A stretch of 64,000 nucleotides of DNA from Octopus vulgaris. Lineage: Eukaryota. Both the position numbers and the translations under genes were made by a program. A model generated the notes under the pieces. It was not told the DNA's origin and ran no database searches. It worked only from the letters and a program-made list of their open reading frames with translations. The DNA is taken from positions 104,656,001-104,720,000 of the forward strand of contig OX597816.1 in NCBI GenBank assembly GCA_951406725.2, written 5' to 3'. Below are positions 27,201 to 41,538 of the stretch, one piece after another (within the stretch, counting starts at the first letter, position 1; every line of letters begins with the position of its first letter).

Positions 27201-28179
27201 TAGTAGGCAATCATACCCACATACCCACAGTTTATATTTATATACAGGTAGAATAGTTATTATCTGTTATGTAGATGTATATATGTGGGTGTATATATAT
27301 ATGTATATGCACATGTATGTAGGCAAATGGATATGAAAGTAAACAAATAGACATACAGACGGATAGGTACATAGGTAATATGAACAGACAAGCACACATA
27401 TACACACACACAAATGAAGACTGAAACACACATTTCACTTCACACAAGGACACATATGGAGACACATCCACACATATGGAGATACACATTCATACATACA
27501 GACACAGTACATAGTCACAAAAACCCATGCACACACACACTTAGCCATGCACACACAAGGAGACAAAGGTACACACACACATGCAAACACACAGACATAA
27601 AAACAAACACATCCATATGTATATACATACGCACACACACATACATACTTACATACATACATACATGCATGCATACACTTATATGCATACATACATACAT
27701 ATATGCATATACACATACATGTGTATGCGCACACACACTGACCCACACACATGCGCACAAACAAACAAAAAGAACGCAGCTCGGATAACGGACAGTGTCA
27801 AAAACTATTGAAGAGGTTGCAAGACGCAACGAAAATTTTAGAAAAATAGATGAGTGGAAACTTTACCGGTGAGGGTGTTAAATTATAAGGCAGTAAAGAG
27901 AATGACTCTCCCCTGACACAACATATATATATATATATATTTACATACATAAGGATCGGCATATTAAACTCATTTAAATAAAAGGGTTGGGAACTACTGT
28001 TGAGAACCACTGTAAAAAGGTTGGGAACCACTAGTCTATCATCTAATATTTTGATAGTATGACTTCCTGCATACGTCACTTGTTTCACGGATATTCTGGT
28101 CAGATATTTTGATTTCGGAGACGTCTAGCTTTCTGAATGGTTGAATCCCTGATAATATCTCTTTGTCGATTGTTTAAAA

Positions 28180-28900
28180 AATGGTTTTCAGAAGGGCATC
28201 AATGAAGTTAATAAGTTTATGTTTCTCACAGGACGGACCTGCCAAAATTCGTCTCATTTCGAGATCTATGGGATGTGTCATATTCATACACAAGGAGGTT
28301 GATCTGCTACAGGCTTCATTACCGGTTTCGCCCACGTGGATTTTTGAAAGCCCGTAAAAGTTTTTTCCGATTCCGATAAATATTTTTGGAACTGCTCAAC
28401 GACAGTAGTAAACATTTTCCATATTTTGGATAGTTGATTATTGTTTTTTTTTTCCTAAGTGTTGCCATGGAGAAGAGCTCGTGTAGTGTTTATGCATTGT
28501 TCCGAGTCCATAATGACTACAGTACTACCTTTATCAACTGCTTAAATAATTATAATTTGATCGTCCTTGAGTTCATTTAAGAGTTACCATTCTTTTCGTC
28601 TTGCATTTGGTTTAAATTTCTTTAAATCACAGAGAAAATTGGTCACAAAATCAGGACACTTGTCCAGAGTTTGGTTCGTCTCTTTTGCGGGATTGTAATT
28701 ACTTTTGTAGCGAAGCATTGAATTATCATTGATTTCTTTGGCAAATAATTTTTCTGCTACCCATACTTTTCAACAAAATTCCAGAACATTACTCTGTATT
28801 TGATTTATGAAGAAATTTTGCAGGAGTGAGGTGAATTTTAGTCCTTTCGAAAGAGTTTTAATCTGTTGGGTTAACAAGGTTTATAATCTATGGAATTTCG
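28180..28900 (-). mobile_element. Penelope-like element N-terminal/RT-start remnant
   Basis: Minus strand LSKGLKF, IIII*AVDKGSTVVIMD (PLE DKG motif), FYGLSKIH, RILAGPSCEKHKLINFIDALLK. Confidence 0.8.
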
Positions 28901-29137
28901 TCCACTATGTCTGAAAAATGGCTCGCCGAGTTTTGGTTAATCGAATTAGGGATCCTATTGTCTGTTTCCCCTAATCTCTCCAAAAGGTTTATTTTTGTGA
29001 TTACCATTCAAAAACTAGAACGTGCCGATACCTATTCGGTAATTTAATAAATCTGTCAAAATATAAACGAAAACAGGTTTCAAGATTCAGGTGCATGTTC
29101 AACGACCAATTCTTACTACTATATGTATGCGTGTGTG

Positions 29138-29192
<55 letters not shown>

Positions 29193-29254
29193 CATTATCG
29201 TTATCCAGATCAACTGTATGATCATCTTAATCATTTTTATTATAACAATAATAA

Positions 29255-29470
29255 GGATTTTAAAATTTGGCAGAGGGCAAGGAATTTCGGGGGAGAGGAT
29301 AAGTTAATTACGTCGACTCCAGTGTTCAACTGGTACTTATTTTAAAGACCCCGGAAGAATGAAAAACAACAACGACCTCCAAAGCATTTGAACGCAGAAC
29401 CTAAAACTAAAAGAAATGCAGCTAAGTATTTTCTCCGGCGTGCAAGCGATTCTGCAAGAACGCAGACCTA
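29255..29470 (-). mobile_element. SINE (GTTCAAATTCCGCCGAGGTCGACTTTGCCTTTCATCC family)
   Basis: Reverse complement of the family seen at 29805, 34580 and 35260. Confidence 0.65.
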
Positions 29471-29476
29471 AAAGTT

Positions 29477-29649
29477 ATAATAATAATAATGAGGAAGAGG
29501 AGGAGGAGGAGGAGGAGGAGGAGGAGAAGAAGAAGAAGAAGAAGAAGAAGAAGAAGAAGAAGAAGAAGAAGAAGAAGAAGAAGAAGAAGAAGAAGAAGAA
29601 GAAGAAGAAGAAGAAGAAGAAGAAGAAGAAGAAGAAGAAGAAGAAGAAG
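29477..29649. repeat. Compound (AAT)n-(GAG)n-(AAG)n microsatellite
   Basis: Direct reading; source of the poly-K/R/L pseudo-ORFs. Confidence 0.95.
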
Positions 29650-29804
29650 GAAATGGTTTCTTTCCATTATAACTTTATTTCCGCTCCCTTAGTATCGGGC
29701 ATCCTTTGGAGGCCAAGAGTAGCAAGAGCACTTTTGCTTTACCATGTATGCTAAAATTATCACCACATTCATTCCATTTTAGATGGTGAGTGCTTTTGTT
29801 GTTA

Positions 29805-30001
29805 AGGCGGTGAACTGACAAAATCGTTTGCACGACGCACGAAATGCGCGTCTCTACGTTCTGAGTTCAAATTCCGCTGAGATCGGCTTTGCCTTTCATC
29901 TTTTCGGGACCTATAAATTAAATACCAGTCAAACACTGGAGTCGATGTGATCGACTACCCACTCCTCCACAATTTCAGGCCTTGTGTCTATAGTAGAAAT
30001 G
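29805..30001 (+). mobile_element. SINE with (ATT)n tail (30002-30124)
   Basis: GGCGGTGAACTGAC...GAGTTCAAATTCCGCTGAGATCGGCTTTGCCTTTCATC...AAATTAAATACCAGT, followed by (ATT)n and a second copy at 30126-30320. Confidence 0.8.
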
Positions 30002-30087
<86 letters not shown>

Positions 30088-31274
30088 CATTATTATTATC
30101 ATTATTATTATTATTATTATTATTAAGCGGTGATCATTAGCACGGTGAGCAGTATACTTAGCGATATTTCGTCCATCTTTAGGTCCAGATTGCGTCTAGA
30201 TCGACTTTGTCTTTCATCCTTTGGAATCGATAAAATAAGTACCAGTTTAGCGCTGAGGTCGATGAAATAGATTTGTCCCCTTCCCAAACTAGTTGGCCTT
30301 ATGCCACAATTTGAAACTATTATTATTTTTGTTGTTATTATTATTAAGGATAATAGCCACATCTTATTTCGGGACCTTTTGTAAGAAGGCGTGCATTTTA
30401 TTTTATGTAACAATTTTAAAAATCAGTATTTTGTTTGCTTCTTGGTAGATATACCTCGTGTTTTGTTGATGCTGCATGTCTGTATGTAAATCCCTAAAGA
30501 ATATGCTCAGAAAATTAGAATCAGACTCTTAAAAGTGGTTCTTTTTAAACATTTAAATCATTTGAATCATAAAATTATCTTCCTAGTATAGCAAACTAAT
30601 GCATGCTTTAACTTTAAAGAAGAATGAAACAACAAAATGTTTCTACACCGTGATTCATATTTACATTCAAGTTTACAAAACATATATCAAGTCTGTGTGG
30701 CAAATTTGGCCTTCTAGTCGAATACTCCGTGCAAGCAGTTACAATTTCGCCATAGCGAGCTTATGAAATTTTTTAAAACCTCTTTCATTGGGACTGATGC
30801 CTAATACCTGAATTAAAACTATTTTCAATAAATTTAGCATTAATTTGAAAGTTTCTTCTGGTAAAAGAATGCACAGGAATAATATTAACGCAACTTACAG
30901 TGTCATTTGCAGCTGTCGGTGATGCATTTGAATTGCATCATATACATAATCCCATTAGGCTGGACGTCATACAGCATACATAATATAAAGTGTATTAATA
31001 GATACGACTAAATATCCTATTTTGTCACAGCCATTGAATAAAGAATATGCTTCGCAGCATTGTTTTCAAAATCATAGAACTCTTAAATCTCAATCAAAAC
31101 TATTTTCGCTGTATCAACACATGAGAAACTAACAGAGTGGTAAAATATTCAATTTGTAATTACGCAAGAAACTTATATCATATAACAACTAACATAGATT
31201 GAACCGTGAATATGAACACAACTTTGTTTTTCATAATAATATTGTAAATACAGTATCACTGGAAATGTTAGCTA

Positions 31275-31690
31275 TTAAAAAGGAAGGCTGGACATGTTTG
31301 GCAATATAGTCCACAGGATGTTATTATTTGTATGCTTGTTGTACGTCTGAAGCCACCTTTTTGCCAGTCCTTTGATCCAACGCTGACACCAGTTCTTGTC
31401 CTTCAAGGCGAAGAATTTCCTCACAGAAGTTTCCACCTTCTCTTGGTTGATGAAGTGTCGACAGCGCAAGAAGTGAGCCATGGGTCAGAACAAGTAATAA
31501 TCATAAGGATATTTGCCGGTTGTGGAATCAGTTCGATTCCCTCAAATTCCTGGAGGTTATTCTGGGTCTTTCGAGCGGTATGAGGTCTTGCGTTGTCTTG
31601 TTGCAAAAGAGCTCGGTTTCTATTAATCAACGCCAAGCATTTTAGTCACGAAATGGCAATCATCCGCTCCAGCTGTTCGGAGTACAGTCC
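31275..31690 (-). mobile_element. mariner transposase C-terminal fragment
   Basis: LLQQDNARPHTARKTQNNLQEFEGIELIPQPA; MAHFLRCRHF...EKVETSVRKFFALKDKNWCQRWIKGLAKRW. Confidence 0.8.
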
Positions 31691-31759
31691 TAATGTGCAT
31701 AAGCAGTGATTAGAGAGGGACCAACTTAAGGAACCTGTCACCAAACATGGGCGTTTCAA

Positions 31760-32200
31760 ACACAAAGTGTGAGGGGATAATTCACTATGAGTTCATTCCG
31801 AGCGTTCGAACCACCAAAGCCAACCTATACTCCTTACAGCTGTAGTAGATGTATGAAATTATGCAGCAAAATGCCTCGCATTGATTACTAGAAAACGAGC
31901 TCTTCTGTACTATGACAATGCTTGTACCACTCGAAAGATCCAGAATAAACTCCAGGAACTTGAGAGAATCAAACTGATGCCGCAACAAGCATACAGCCCG
32001 GAACTATTGGATACAGCCCGGAGCCTTTGGATTATTACTTGTCCTCATTTATGGCTCAATTGCTGCACTCGCACGGCTTCAACAAAGAGGCGGTGGAAGC
32101 TTCGGGACAAGAACTAGTATCAGCGTTGGATCAAAGAACTCACGGAAAGGTTGCTTTAGGGGTGCAATACGATGGCCTCTACTTTGAATGCTAGGTTGCT
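31760..32200 (+). mobile_element. mariner transposase C-terminal fragment (inverted partner of 31275-31690)
   Basis: ALLYYDNA...RKIQNKLQELERIKLMPQQAYSPEL; clearly homologous to the minus-strand copy. Confidence 0.8.
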
Positions 32201-32239
32201 TTTGTTGTAACTCCAGGAATAGAGCAAATATGCACAATA

Positions 32240-32790
32240 TTGTTTTCCAGTTTTAGCACAAGACCAGAAATTGCGAGGGAAGACTATGTCGATTACATCG
32301 ACACCAATCCTCAAATGGTACTTATTTTATCAACCCGAAAGGATGTAATCCAAAGTCAGCACAGGCGAAATTTGAACTCAGAGTATAAAGACAAACGAAA
32401 TGCTGCTAGATACTTTGCCCGACGTGCTAACGATTCTACCAACTCGCGGCCTTATAGCTTATTAATATCAATTACTTATAATCCCGCCGAAGTCGGTTTT
32501 ACGCTTCATCCTTTCAGAGTCGATAAAATAAGCACTACTTGAGCACTGGGATCGATGTAACCTACTTTTCCATCCAAAGATTTTGCAGGTCTTGTGTCAA
32601 AATTTTAAATCAACATTAACAAGCAATACGGTGGCGCGCAATCAGAATCGTTAGCACGCCGTGCTTAACGCACTTCGCCCGTCTTCCAACCGTGGTCGAC
32701 TTTGCCTTTCATTCTTTCGACGTAAATAAAATAAGTATCAGTTCTCCCCCAGTTCTGTTGACCTTATGCCTAAATTTGGAACTGCTATTA
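32240..32790. mobile_element. Cluster of three SINE copies (32240-32455 minus; 32480-32615 and 32628-32790 plus)
   Basis: Each contains the family core GTCGACTTTGCCTTTCATCCTTTC...GATAAAATAAGTAC or its complement. Confidence 0.7.
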
Positions 32791-33413
32791 ATAAGTAATC
32801 ACTATATGGATGACAGTTGACCTCTCAACTATTGTGGTTTGAATGAAATCACGTAAGGGCAAGTGGGCTATACCCAAACAAAAACAATGTGTTCTTTTCG
32901 TTCCCACCACTCGACAAACAGAACATATACAACATACAACATAACACATTCTAATCGTATAAAAATTCCATCGTTCAAGGAAAAGAATATGGCTAATGTA
33001 TGAATTCTAAGCTTTTCACCATTCCCGCGCTACATAAACTTTCTGTTGCTCAAGTTACCTTGTTTCTTCTCTCAACGCTATTATGATGGCTCTCTCACAT
33101 TTCAACATCTTAACATAATCCTTCTGAATATGGAGTGCTTCGTTACCTGCAATAAATGTCATCAAAACACTTAAGTATTTCAATGCTATTAAATTTTTTT
33201 CCCTGCATGATTACCCTTACCTGTATCCAATGCTAAGATTGTGTTAATGCTGTTCTTAGATTATTTGTTACTTGCATGCATATGGAACTCACCAAATGAT
33301 GTCAACGACTCTGCCTGCATATCTCACGTCCATTGATCTAATTAATTTTACTTGTAACGGTTCTTCTCTTATATCTGTCTTCTTTTTCTTCTTTCTCTTT
33401 TTCTTTCTTCTAG

Positions 33414-33590
33414 ACGACTATATCCAATCTGACATTCCACTGCCAACAGACAAGAACGACGAGAGTATTCTACCTTTTTTTCCTTCGAGCATTTCAAGTT
33501 ATGCTTCAAATATTCATATTGATGCAGAAGCTGCCAGCAAAATAGCAGATCTTACTCGAACATTAACTAATAGGTTTGAAGCAGATTTTG
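33414..33590 (+). other. Candidate internal exon (177 bp, open frame) of an unidentified gene
   Basis: Long polypyrimidine tract ending TTCTAG; open frame [59 protein letters not shown]; donor TTG/GTAGCA is weak; no recognisable domain. Confidence 0.25.
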
Positions 33591-33656
33591 GTAGCATGTG
33601 TTGGCTGTATATATACATATATATATACATATATGTACATATATACATATATAAAT

Positions 33657-33766
<110 letters not shown>

Positions 33767-34579
33767 TACATATTTTGTATTCTTCAACCATATAAAACAT
33801 ATCATTTCGTATTTTGCTTGTGAAAATAGAGGACTGTTACAAACAAGCAATTAGATGAGGACTGTTAAAAACATTTTCCAGAAGTGAAAATATTAAACAT
33901 TTCGGATCTTAAAAATATAGCTCTTCGAATTAGCAGTTTGATTTACATTTCAGGTGATAAGTCCCTTTAAACAGTGAAAGCAATGGTTGCTTAGCAGAGG
34001 TTTTACTCGGTGTTTAACAGATAAGGTTCAATGTATGTAAATTTTAAAAATCATATTTCTCACTGTCCTATTAAAATTATGAAATAGAATATACGAATAT
34101 ATACATGCATACACGCACACACATACATACATACCATTCAACCACGGTAGCGGTTGAATATATTCTCAAGTCCACCATTTTGTCAATCGCAGCAGCCTCC
34201 AAGTTCCACCACTAATTCTGTTCTCAACTAAATTACAAACTGTTAACAGTTTTAAAGAGAACACCGTCTCAGCTACACTTTGGCATAAATAGTTTGAGAT
34301 TTGGTTCAGTAGAAAAAAGTTACATCAAAATATCTGCAACCACAAGGGGGACGGTAAGGCACCGATTCACCTTCAATTAACATAAACTTTATGATTTTAA
34401 AATATAAGTGTACTTATAAGTGATAGAAAAATATATGAGGAATTCAGAATCGTTAGTCGCATTGAACAGAAATTAGTAGAAGAAAAGTTATGAGGTGAAA
34501 TACCACGAAAGTATGGAAGTAACGCTTAGCAATAAGAATAAATAAAGAATGTATTGCTAAAGTGAATGCTTCAGTTCTA

Positions 34580-34700
34580 AGGTGGCGAGCTGGCAGAGAC
34601 ATTAGCTCGCTGAGCGAGAATCTCAGCGGTATTTCTCCTGTGCTTGCATTTTGAGTTCAAATTCCGCCGAGGTTGACTTTTCATTTTATCCATTTCGGAT
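34580..34700 (+). mobile_element. SINE 5' part
   Basis: GGTGGCGAGCTGGCAGAG...GAGTTCAAATTCCGCCGAGGTTGACTTT. Confidence 0.75.
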
Positions 34701-35259
34701 CTATTCAATTTGACGTACAGATTATTTAATTAATTTTTTTTTTAACTAAACACTTAACTAAACATCCGATACTGATACAATGTGTCACATACAACAGGGT
34801 TTACTCTTAACGTTTTTGAGAAAATTTTGTATTTTAGAAGTTATTTCGTCACAAGTTACAGAGTGACAATGGACAAATTCGTGTTTGATAAGTGCCAATA
34901 CACGAAACTCTCAGCTTTTGACTTACTAACTTCTGCCGATGATATATATGCATATTATATACATATATGTGTAAACAATCTCATCACGCAATCAAAACTT
35001 CAATATACCCTGTTCTGCCCACTTCGTCACAAGCGCTTACATTCATCTTTGTCATCAAATATTTGTTCCAGAAAACTATACTTCATTGGATAAAACAAGT
35101 GAGATCCAGAAGGTGCCGGTTCTGAGCTGCACTGTGCCCGGAGGAACGACTGAAAAGCTTAGTTTCCCTTCCTATACTGGCTTCCCAATGATATCACCAA
35201 TACGGATCGTTTTCAGATTCTTGTTCGGTTTCTTATTTCTTTATTGCCCACAAGATGCT

Positions 35260-35457
35260 AAACATACAGGGGACAAACAAAGACAGACAAAGGGATTAAG
35301 TCGATTGCATCGACCCCAGTGCGTAACTTGTACTTAATTTATCGACCCCAAAAGGATGAAAGGCAAAGTCGGCCTCGGTGGAATTTGAACTCAGAATGTA
35401 ACAGCATACGAAATACCGCTAAGCATTTCGCCCGGTGTTTCTGCCAGCTCACCGCCT
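35260..35457 (-). mobile_element. SINE
   Basis: Reverse complement of GGCGGTGAGCTGGCAGAA...GAGTTCAAATTCCACCGAGGCCGACTTTGCCTTTCATCC. Confidence 0.8.
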
Positions 35458-35729
35458 AATTTCGGTTTCTTCCTTGTAATGGGTTTTCTAAGCTTGCTTT
35501 CCAAAGTACAGTCACGTTCCGGTGAATCAATTAGAAAGTCACCTTTGTCACCCCCACAATAGTCACCATGATCTTCACCGTTGATCACTAATTCTTGATC
35601 ATCCCAGCTATTGCGGAAGAAGTATAACATCATTCAATGGACTAATTTAATATTTCCAGATCATCCCCCCCCCCCTTTGTCACCAGATGAGAACAAAAAT
35701 GTATTTTCAATGGCTTCAAATGTTTCCCT

Positions 35730-36090
35730 TTTCTTCTTCAATTCGAGTCTAAACTGCCAAGATACACATTGTGCACGCACATTCCGATACCCAAAGTATT
35801 CCACCACTTGCAAGGCACTGTGACCACAGTCCAATATTGCAGCAAGGTAGCAGCTTGTATTTGATCTGTCTGCCTGAATCAATTCGTCCGTCCACTGTTG
35901 ATTGATGCCAGTAGTCGTAGTTGTGCTTCTACTACGTGGTTTGAATCCATAGCTGGTTCTGCCTTCTTTAAACTTCATTCATCTATGCATATTCTTCTTT
36001 TCACTGATACCCTTCACAAAGTTTTCCTCAAGAAGTCAGTTGCTTCTGCTTCGAACCCATTATTTTGTTTGCATTGCAGAAGAACACGAA
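35730..36090 (-). mobile_element. mariner transposase N-terminal (HTH/WVPR region) fragment
   Basis: KFKEGRTS..KPRS..DELIQADRS..LAAILDCGHSA..FGYRNVRAQCVSWQF resembles mariner FKEGRTSxxDxPRSGRP...LGYRKVCARWVPRxL. Confidence 0.6.
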
Positions 36091-36355
36091 GAATGGTTGC
36101 TGCAGAAGATGTATTGTATCAATACGTACAATTTGAAAATGCAACGTCCACTTTTACATTATTTTTTATACGAGCCCTGTGTATATATGTATACGCGCAC
36201 ACATACACACATGTACATACACATCCACACACACACACACACATCCAAACAAACTCACACGTATCTACATAAATACACACATTTATTTCCGAACATTTCA
36301 ACGTCAAATTTTATTCAGTTCCATTCCGGTGTCTATCTATCTATCTATCTATCTA

Positions 36356-36394
<39 letters not shown>

Positions 36395-39300
36395 TGAGAG
36401 AGAGGGGGAGGAATGAGAGAGCATGTATTAAGGCTATGAACGCTTCCTTAATGATCTAACGTTAAATACTTAGCATTTTTTCTGCTTCATTCTTTGTCCG
36501 TGAACAGAAATAGGAAGTCTCAATGAATATGCAACACTACTATTCTTATTCTGCATTTACGAATCCTTTTATTTCAAGTAGAAATCCCCTGTCTTTAATA
36601 TTAAACAGGTTTAAATCCTCACTAGCATTATTTCTGAATCTGATAATCGTTCACTGTATCTAACACTCATTAAAGATTATATGTTTCTTTGAATGTCATT
36701 AAGTATCACTGCATAGTCGACAATTTTTAACCTTTTTAAAGGCAACTACTGCACATAACAATTTTGGTGTGTCTGAGATGTATATAAGAATCGAGCTATC
36801 TCAAGCGCTGCTGAACAGAACAGCAGCATGTCTGATAATGAAGGACTTTTGACAGTTTGCGATGCTGAAGAAAAATCCGTTCATGTAAATAGCTGATGCA
36901 AAACTAGCACACACGAACTTTAAATTTGAGGTGATGTCATGTGCTAACCCTTTGAGCTAGTACTTTCAACAATAGTTTCAAATGCCTATCATACTAGAAA
37001 TGTTTATGAGATAATCTTATCTAGTGACTGTAAATTATTAAATAGATCAAAGATTCTGGCTGCAAATTGTAAGATGTTCTATAATCAAATGCTCCAAGAC
37101 GAGAATCTGAAATCCAGTTTTGATCGCAGTACTTTGCTCTAATTGTAACCTTACAGTAAGATACAACTTGATTGTTAATAGTCAGAAAGTAAACACTGAC
37201 AATTATTTTAACAGTTTTATTTACCTGTACGTTTTGTATCTTCGAGTACATATACATAAGCTCTGACCTTAACACTAGTAACAGTATTGTTTAATGACGT
37301 TGATTAAAGGTTAATCATGGAATACACAAACCAACAGTGCTTTTGATGTATTGAAATATAATTTCCATACACGTAAAGCGGTATTTTTTCTTAAAATCTC
37401 GATAATGAATGGGAATTGTTTTGTTTCTGTGCCAAGATAAGATTGACAAAGAAACCACGCTGACTGAATAAACACTTATTCAAAAGTTAATTATTATAAC
37501 GAATGAGTAGTGTCCGCTAGTTAAACAAATGTGTTATGCTGTGTTTTTTTTTGTGTGTTTTTTTTTTTATGATTTCTACATTAAAGGAATATAGAGGAAA
37601 GATTATCGCTGGATAGTCTACTTAGTATCTAACGAACTATGTAAGAGAAAGTAACTGCGAAATATAATACCGAAACAAAATACCGTACAATTAAGCTAAG
37701 CCAAATCTAGTAGTTACTCTAGAATACTACTTATTAATCAATCATCAATTATATATAATTTAAAATAACCCAAATGTTTTAGAAGTTGAAAAGGAGAAAG
37801 AAACTAAACATTTCATAATATAAAAGCAGGGAAAATAACTGATGAGTAACGAAATTGTGACATTCCACATGAATTTATAAAGTTCTTTTTCCACGTAAAG
37901 CTTATATGGCCGAGCGAATAAAGCACTGCATTATTAAATGATAAAGTTCCAATCATGATATAAAATCCTCGAAAAATGTCTCTTGCCGTATTTCTATCAA
38001 TACTAGGGTAACCAATCTGTCGATAAGAGATATATACACGATTATATGGAATGTACACTTTGAGACTGGAACCTATAAATTTTTTTTCGTTCTAGCAAGT
38101 CTTTGGATCCAGAGTGTAAGTCTTAGTTGTATACAGTATGTAATGGACAGCATAATATTTAGCCAAGTGGATTTACTTCCCGGCTGCAATAATCTCCGAC
38201 TCGAACTTCCTCATACGTGTTCATTTCTGAATACAGTCACTTCTATGTATGAATAGTATTCAAGAGACCAGTGAACGCTAAAAATGACAAAAGTGTTTTA
38301 AATCATTAAGACTAAAAAGGATTAGTTTATGTATGTTAGGATACTACACTGAACGAACTATTTCAGATTTATGTTCCATATACAATCGCTTCGTTTTGCT
38401 AGAACACTGATTGCCTGATCAAAGTAAAAACATAAATATATATGTCATGTAAGAGAGAATAAATGAACCTTACTTTGCAGTTTTCTCTGATTATTCTACA
38501 AGTTTGCACTAATAATTTGGAAAAGAAAGGAATCTTTATTTCATTTAACTAGATGAAAAATACGTTAGTTCGTCTCATTCACAAGCGTTGCATTTATGAT
38601 TTAGTAGTTATATATGGTGTGACCTGTTAAGCAAGTACGTTATAATATTTTTATGCAATATTTTTGGTCACAAACGGGAAATTGCTCCAACAAGATGTTA
38701 AATTGTCAGCTATATATCTAATAAAATCTGCATTAAAGTCGTGTAATATATGGCTACTTGGGAAATGCAGCTTACAAACATAACTACATATGTCAATAAA
38801 TATACGAGTTGCTCTTTATATGCAAACAAAGAAATTAATACCGAGAAACTTCAACACCCTGAAATCAAACTAATCACAATGCAGTCATTGTTTGAACATA
38901 TATCTCCCTCGAGTGACATTTAAACGTGTTCAAAGTAGAAGAACACATCAAATAGTTTACTTCTATATATACAAAAGACAGGATTGTTATAGCGGAAACA
39001 GTTCCGACCAAAGATCTTGATCAGAGCAGTCGTGAAGCAGAAGAATAGTTGCAACATCATATTCGCATGCAGCTTTCATCCTTATACTTAAACCATAGTG
39101 CACCCTGATTACTTAAGCTATTTGGAAGTGATTAATTATACATGATTTGAAAGTTGGAAACAAAAGCAATGTCCACAATCTTGTGGCGTGTGTTATTATG
39201 TTCTTCACACTGTAGAGAAAATAGTAAAGTAGACCACAACATTGAAAAAGTATGAAATTACTTGAAGACGTTTGTATTGAATAGGTCCTCTGAGCTATTA

Positions 39301-41019
39301 ATTTTTAGAGGAATGAATTGAAAAGAATGATTAGGTGAAACGGTTAAAATATCAATTCAGCTCATTCAATAAATATGACTAATGTCAGTTTTATGATAAG
39401 GTTATAACAAATTGATTGTGAATAGTGAGAGATTATCTTAATTCATTAATGATGAGCTGTTAACTTATGATAGATTCTAGAATGTATCGTACAGCAATAT
39501 AATCAGTATGCATTGTGTGAGTATTAGATCTAACTGCATGTTGGAAAAGATCTGACACATGCGAATGTGTATCATATTGTAAGAGATCATTGGTGAAACA
39601 ATGGATGCTAATTTCAGTCAATTGCTCTACAAGGGACAATTATTTACCATATAATTATCAAAACCAAATGTGCACTTCCATAGAAACTCGCAAATGTAAG
39701 CATGTACATTTTCAGTAAATTTTCTTCGTAGCTACCATACTCTGCCGTCATTACATCCGTTCAAGGAGAAGCCAGTCTCATAATTTATATATTTTACACA
39801 AGTATCAATATGAAATTAGTTTCCATCAATCATATACCGTATAAATAAATTATTACTTTAGTTATTAAGCTAATTTTAACAATAGGACGTTTAAAGTTTT
39901 CGACAGCAGAATAAAAAATATTATATGAAGCAGACACATAACTTTGTAAGCCTAACAAAGTAATCTACACTTGAAACTTAGGCATAGCTGCATGCATAAT
40001 GGTGATAAATAAGAAAATGAAAATATTCCTCTAGATAAGAAGTATCATCTGATTAAGATGTATGAAAAATTTATTAGTTTTTGCTTGTTTATTAAATAGA
40101 CAAAAAAAATTAATAAGATATTCTGATCTAAATTTATGGACTATACGTTGAGCTCCCAATTTCCTTACTGCATAAACATTGTGACATTGTTGTAAGCACG
40201 GAAGGTGAATGCTGAATTCCTATATTCCATTATATCTATGAAATACTAGAAAATATATGTGATTCTAGTTTTGACACGTAATCCAAATAGAATCACTATA
40301 GTTTACTGGTTTAGGCTCTAATTCTAACAGAATGATTAGAAATTAAGATTAAAGGTTTAGTGAAAAGATTCCGTATATTTTTCACTACAAATTCAGATAC
40401 AACTATAAAGATAGTTCAAAATATTTAAAAAAAGTGCATGTGTTAGCTATTCAAATGTGGTAAACTCGTAGGTTATAAGCAATGTTCCTTAATTGGTGAG
40501 ATTCTAATGCTTCTATGGAGAAATAAATCACCGCTCTTCTATTTCGCATGTATTACCAAAGAATGGTGTTCTTTCGTTGTATATGAAAACAATTCAAAAT
40601 AACGGATAACGACAGTCTCATAATACACACTCAATGATCATCATTCAAAAATCTATCAAGTGGAAAAGCGGTTTTACATCAATGAATTGAGCTTTCTGAG
40701 TAATTAGAGTTTTGAAGCCTCCTTAACAAATGGCTGAAAGCACATTTATATCAGTCAATTCAAAGTGATACAGGCTCCATATCGAAACGAGGTTGAAGGT
40801 TATTTGGGCGGAATGTTGAATAGATCCTGTATTGAATGAAATATTCCCGTAAATAGATGAAGAAATCTAAAGAAACTGTCCTGATTAGAGAATAGTCGAT
40901 TGCAAGATGTGAATCTACATCTGCCTTGTGTATCAGGTGTATATTTTTTCTTATATTGTATATTATTTAAATATATTAGATCTTTCATGAATGCTGCATT
41001 GAATTATATGTATATATAA

Positions 41020-41110
<91 letters not shown>

Positions 41111-41186
41111 GACAGAGACAGATAGGTAAATTGATAGATAGATAGATAGATACATACATACATACATACATACATACATACATACA

Positions 41187-41218
<32 letters not shown>

Positions 41219-41394
41219 CACACATGAATACATATACGGATCTACAAATGCAGATGATGTACTTAGAGACGCAGTTACATGCAAGCAGACGTTTGCACAA
41301 AGAGAGATTGTTTGTATGATGCATAAATGACTACTCTCATACACATATATATTTACAGACACACATACACATACACACACACAAGCGGCGATAG

Positions 41395-41470
41395 AAAACT
41401 CCGAATGACCCATCCTAGTTTTCTTTGTGTCGTCTGTCTGGATGTTTTGCACTCTCGTCCCATTTTTGCA

Positions 41471-41538
<68 letters not shown>

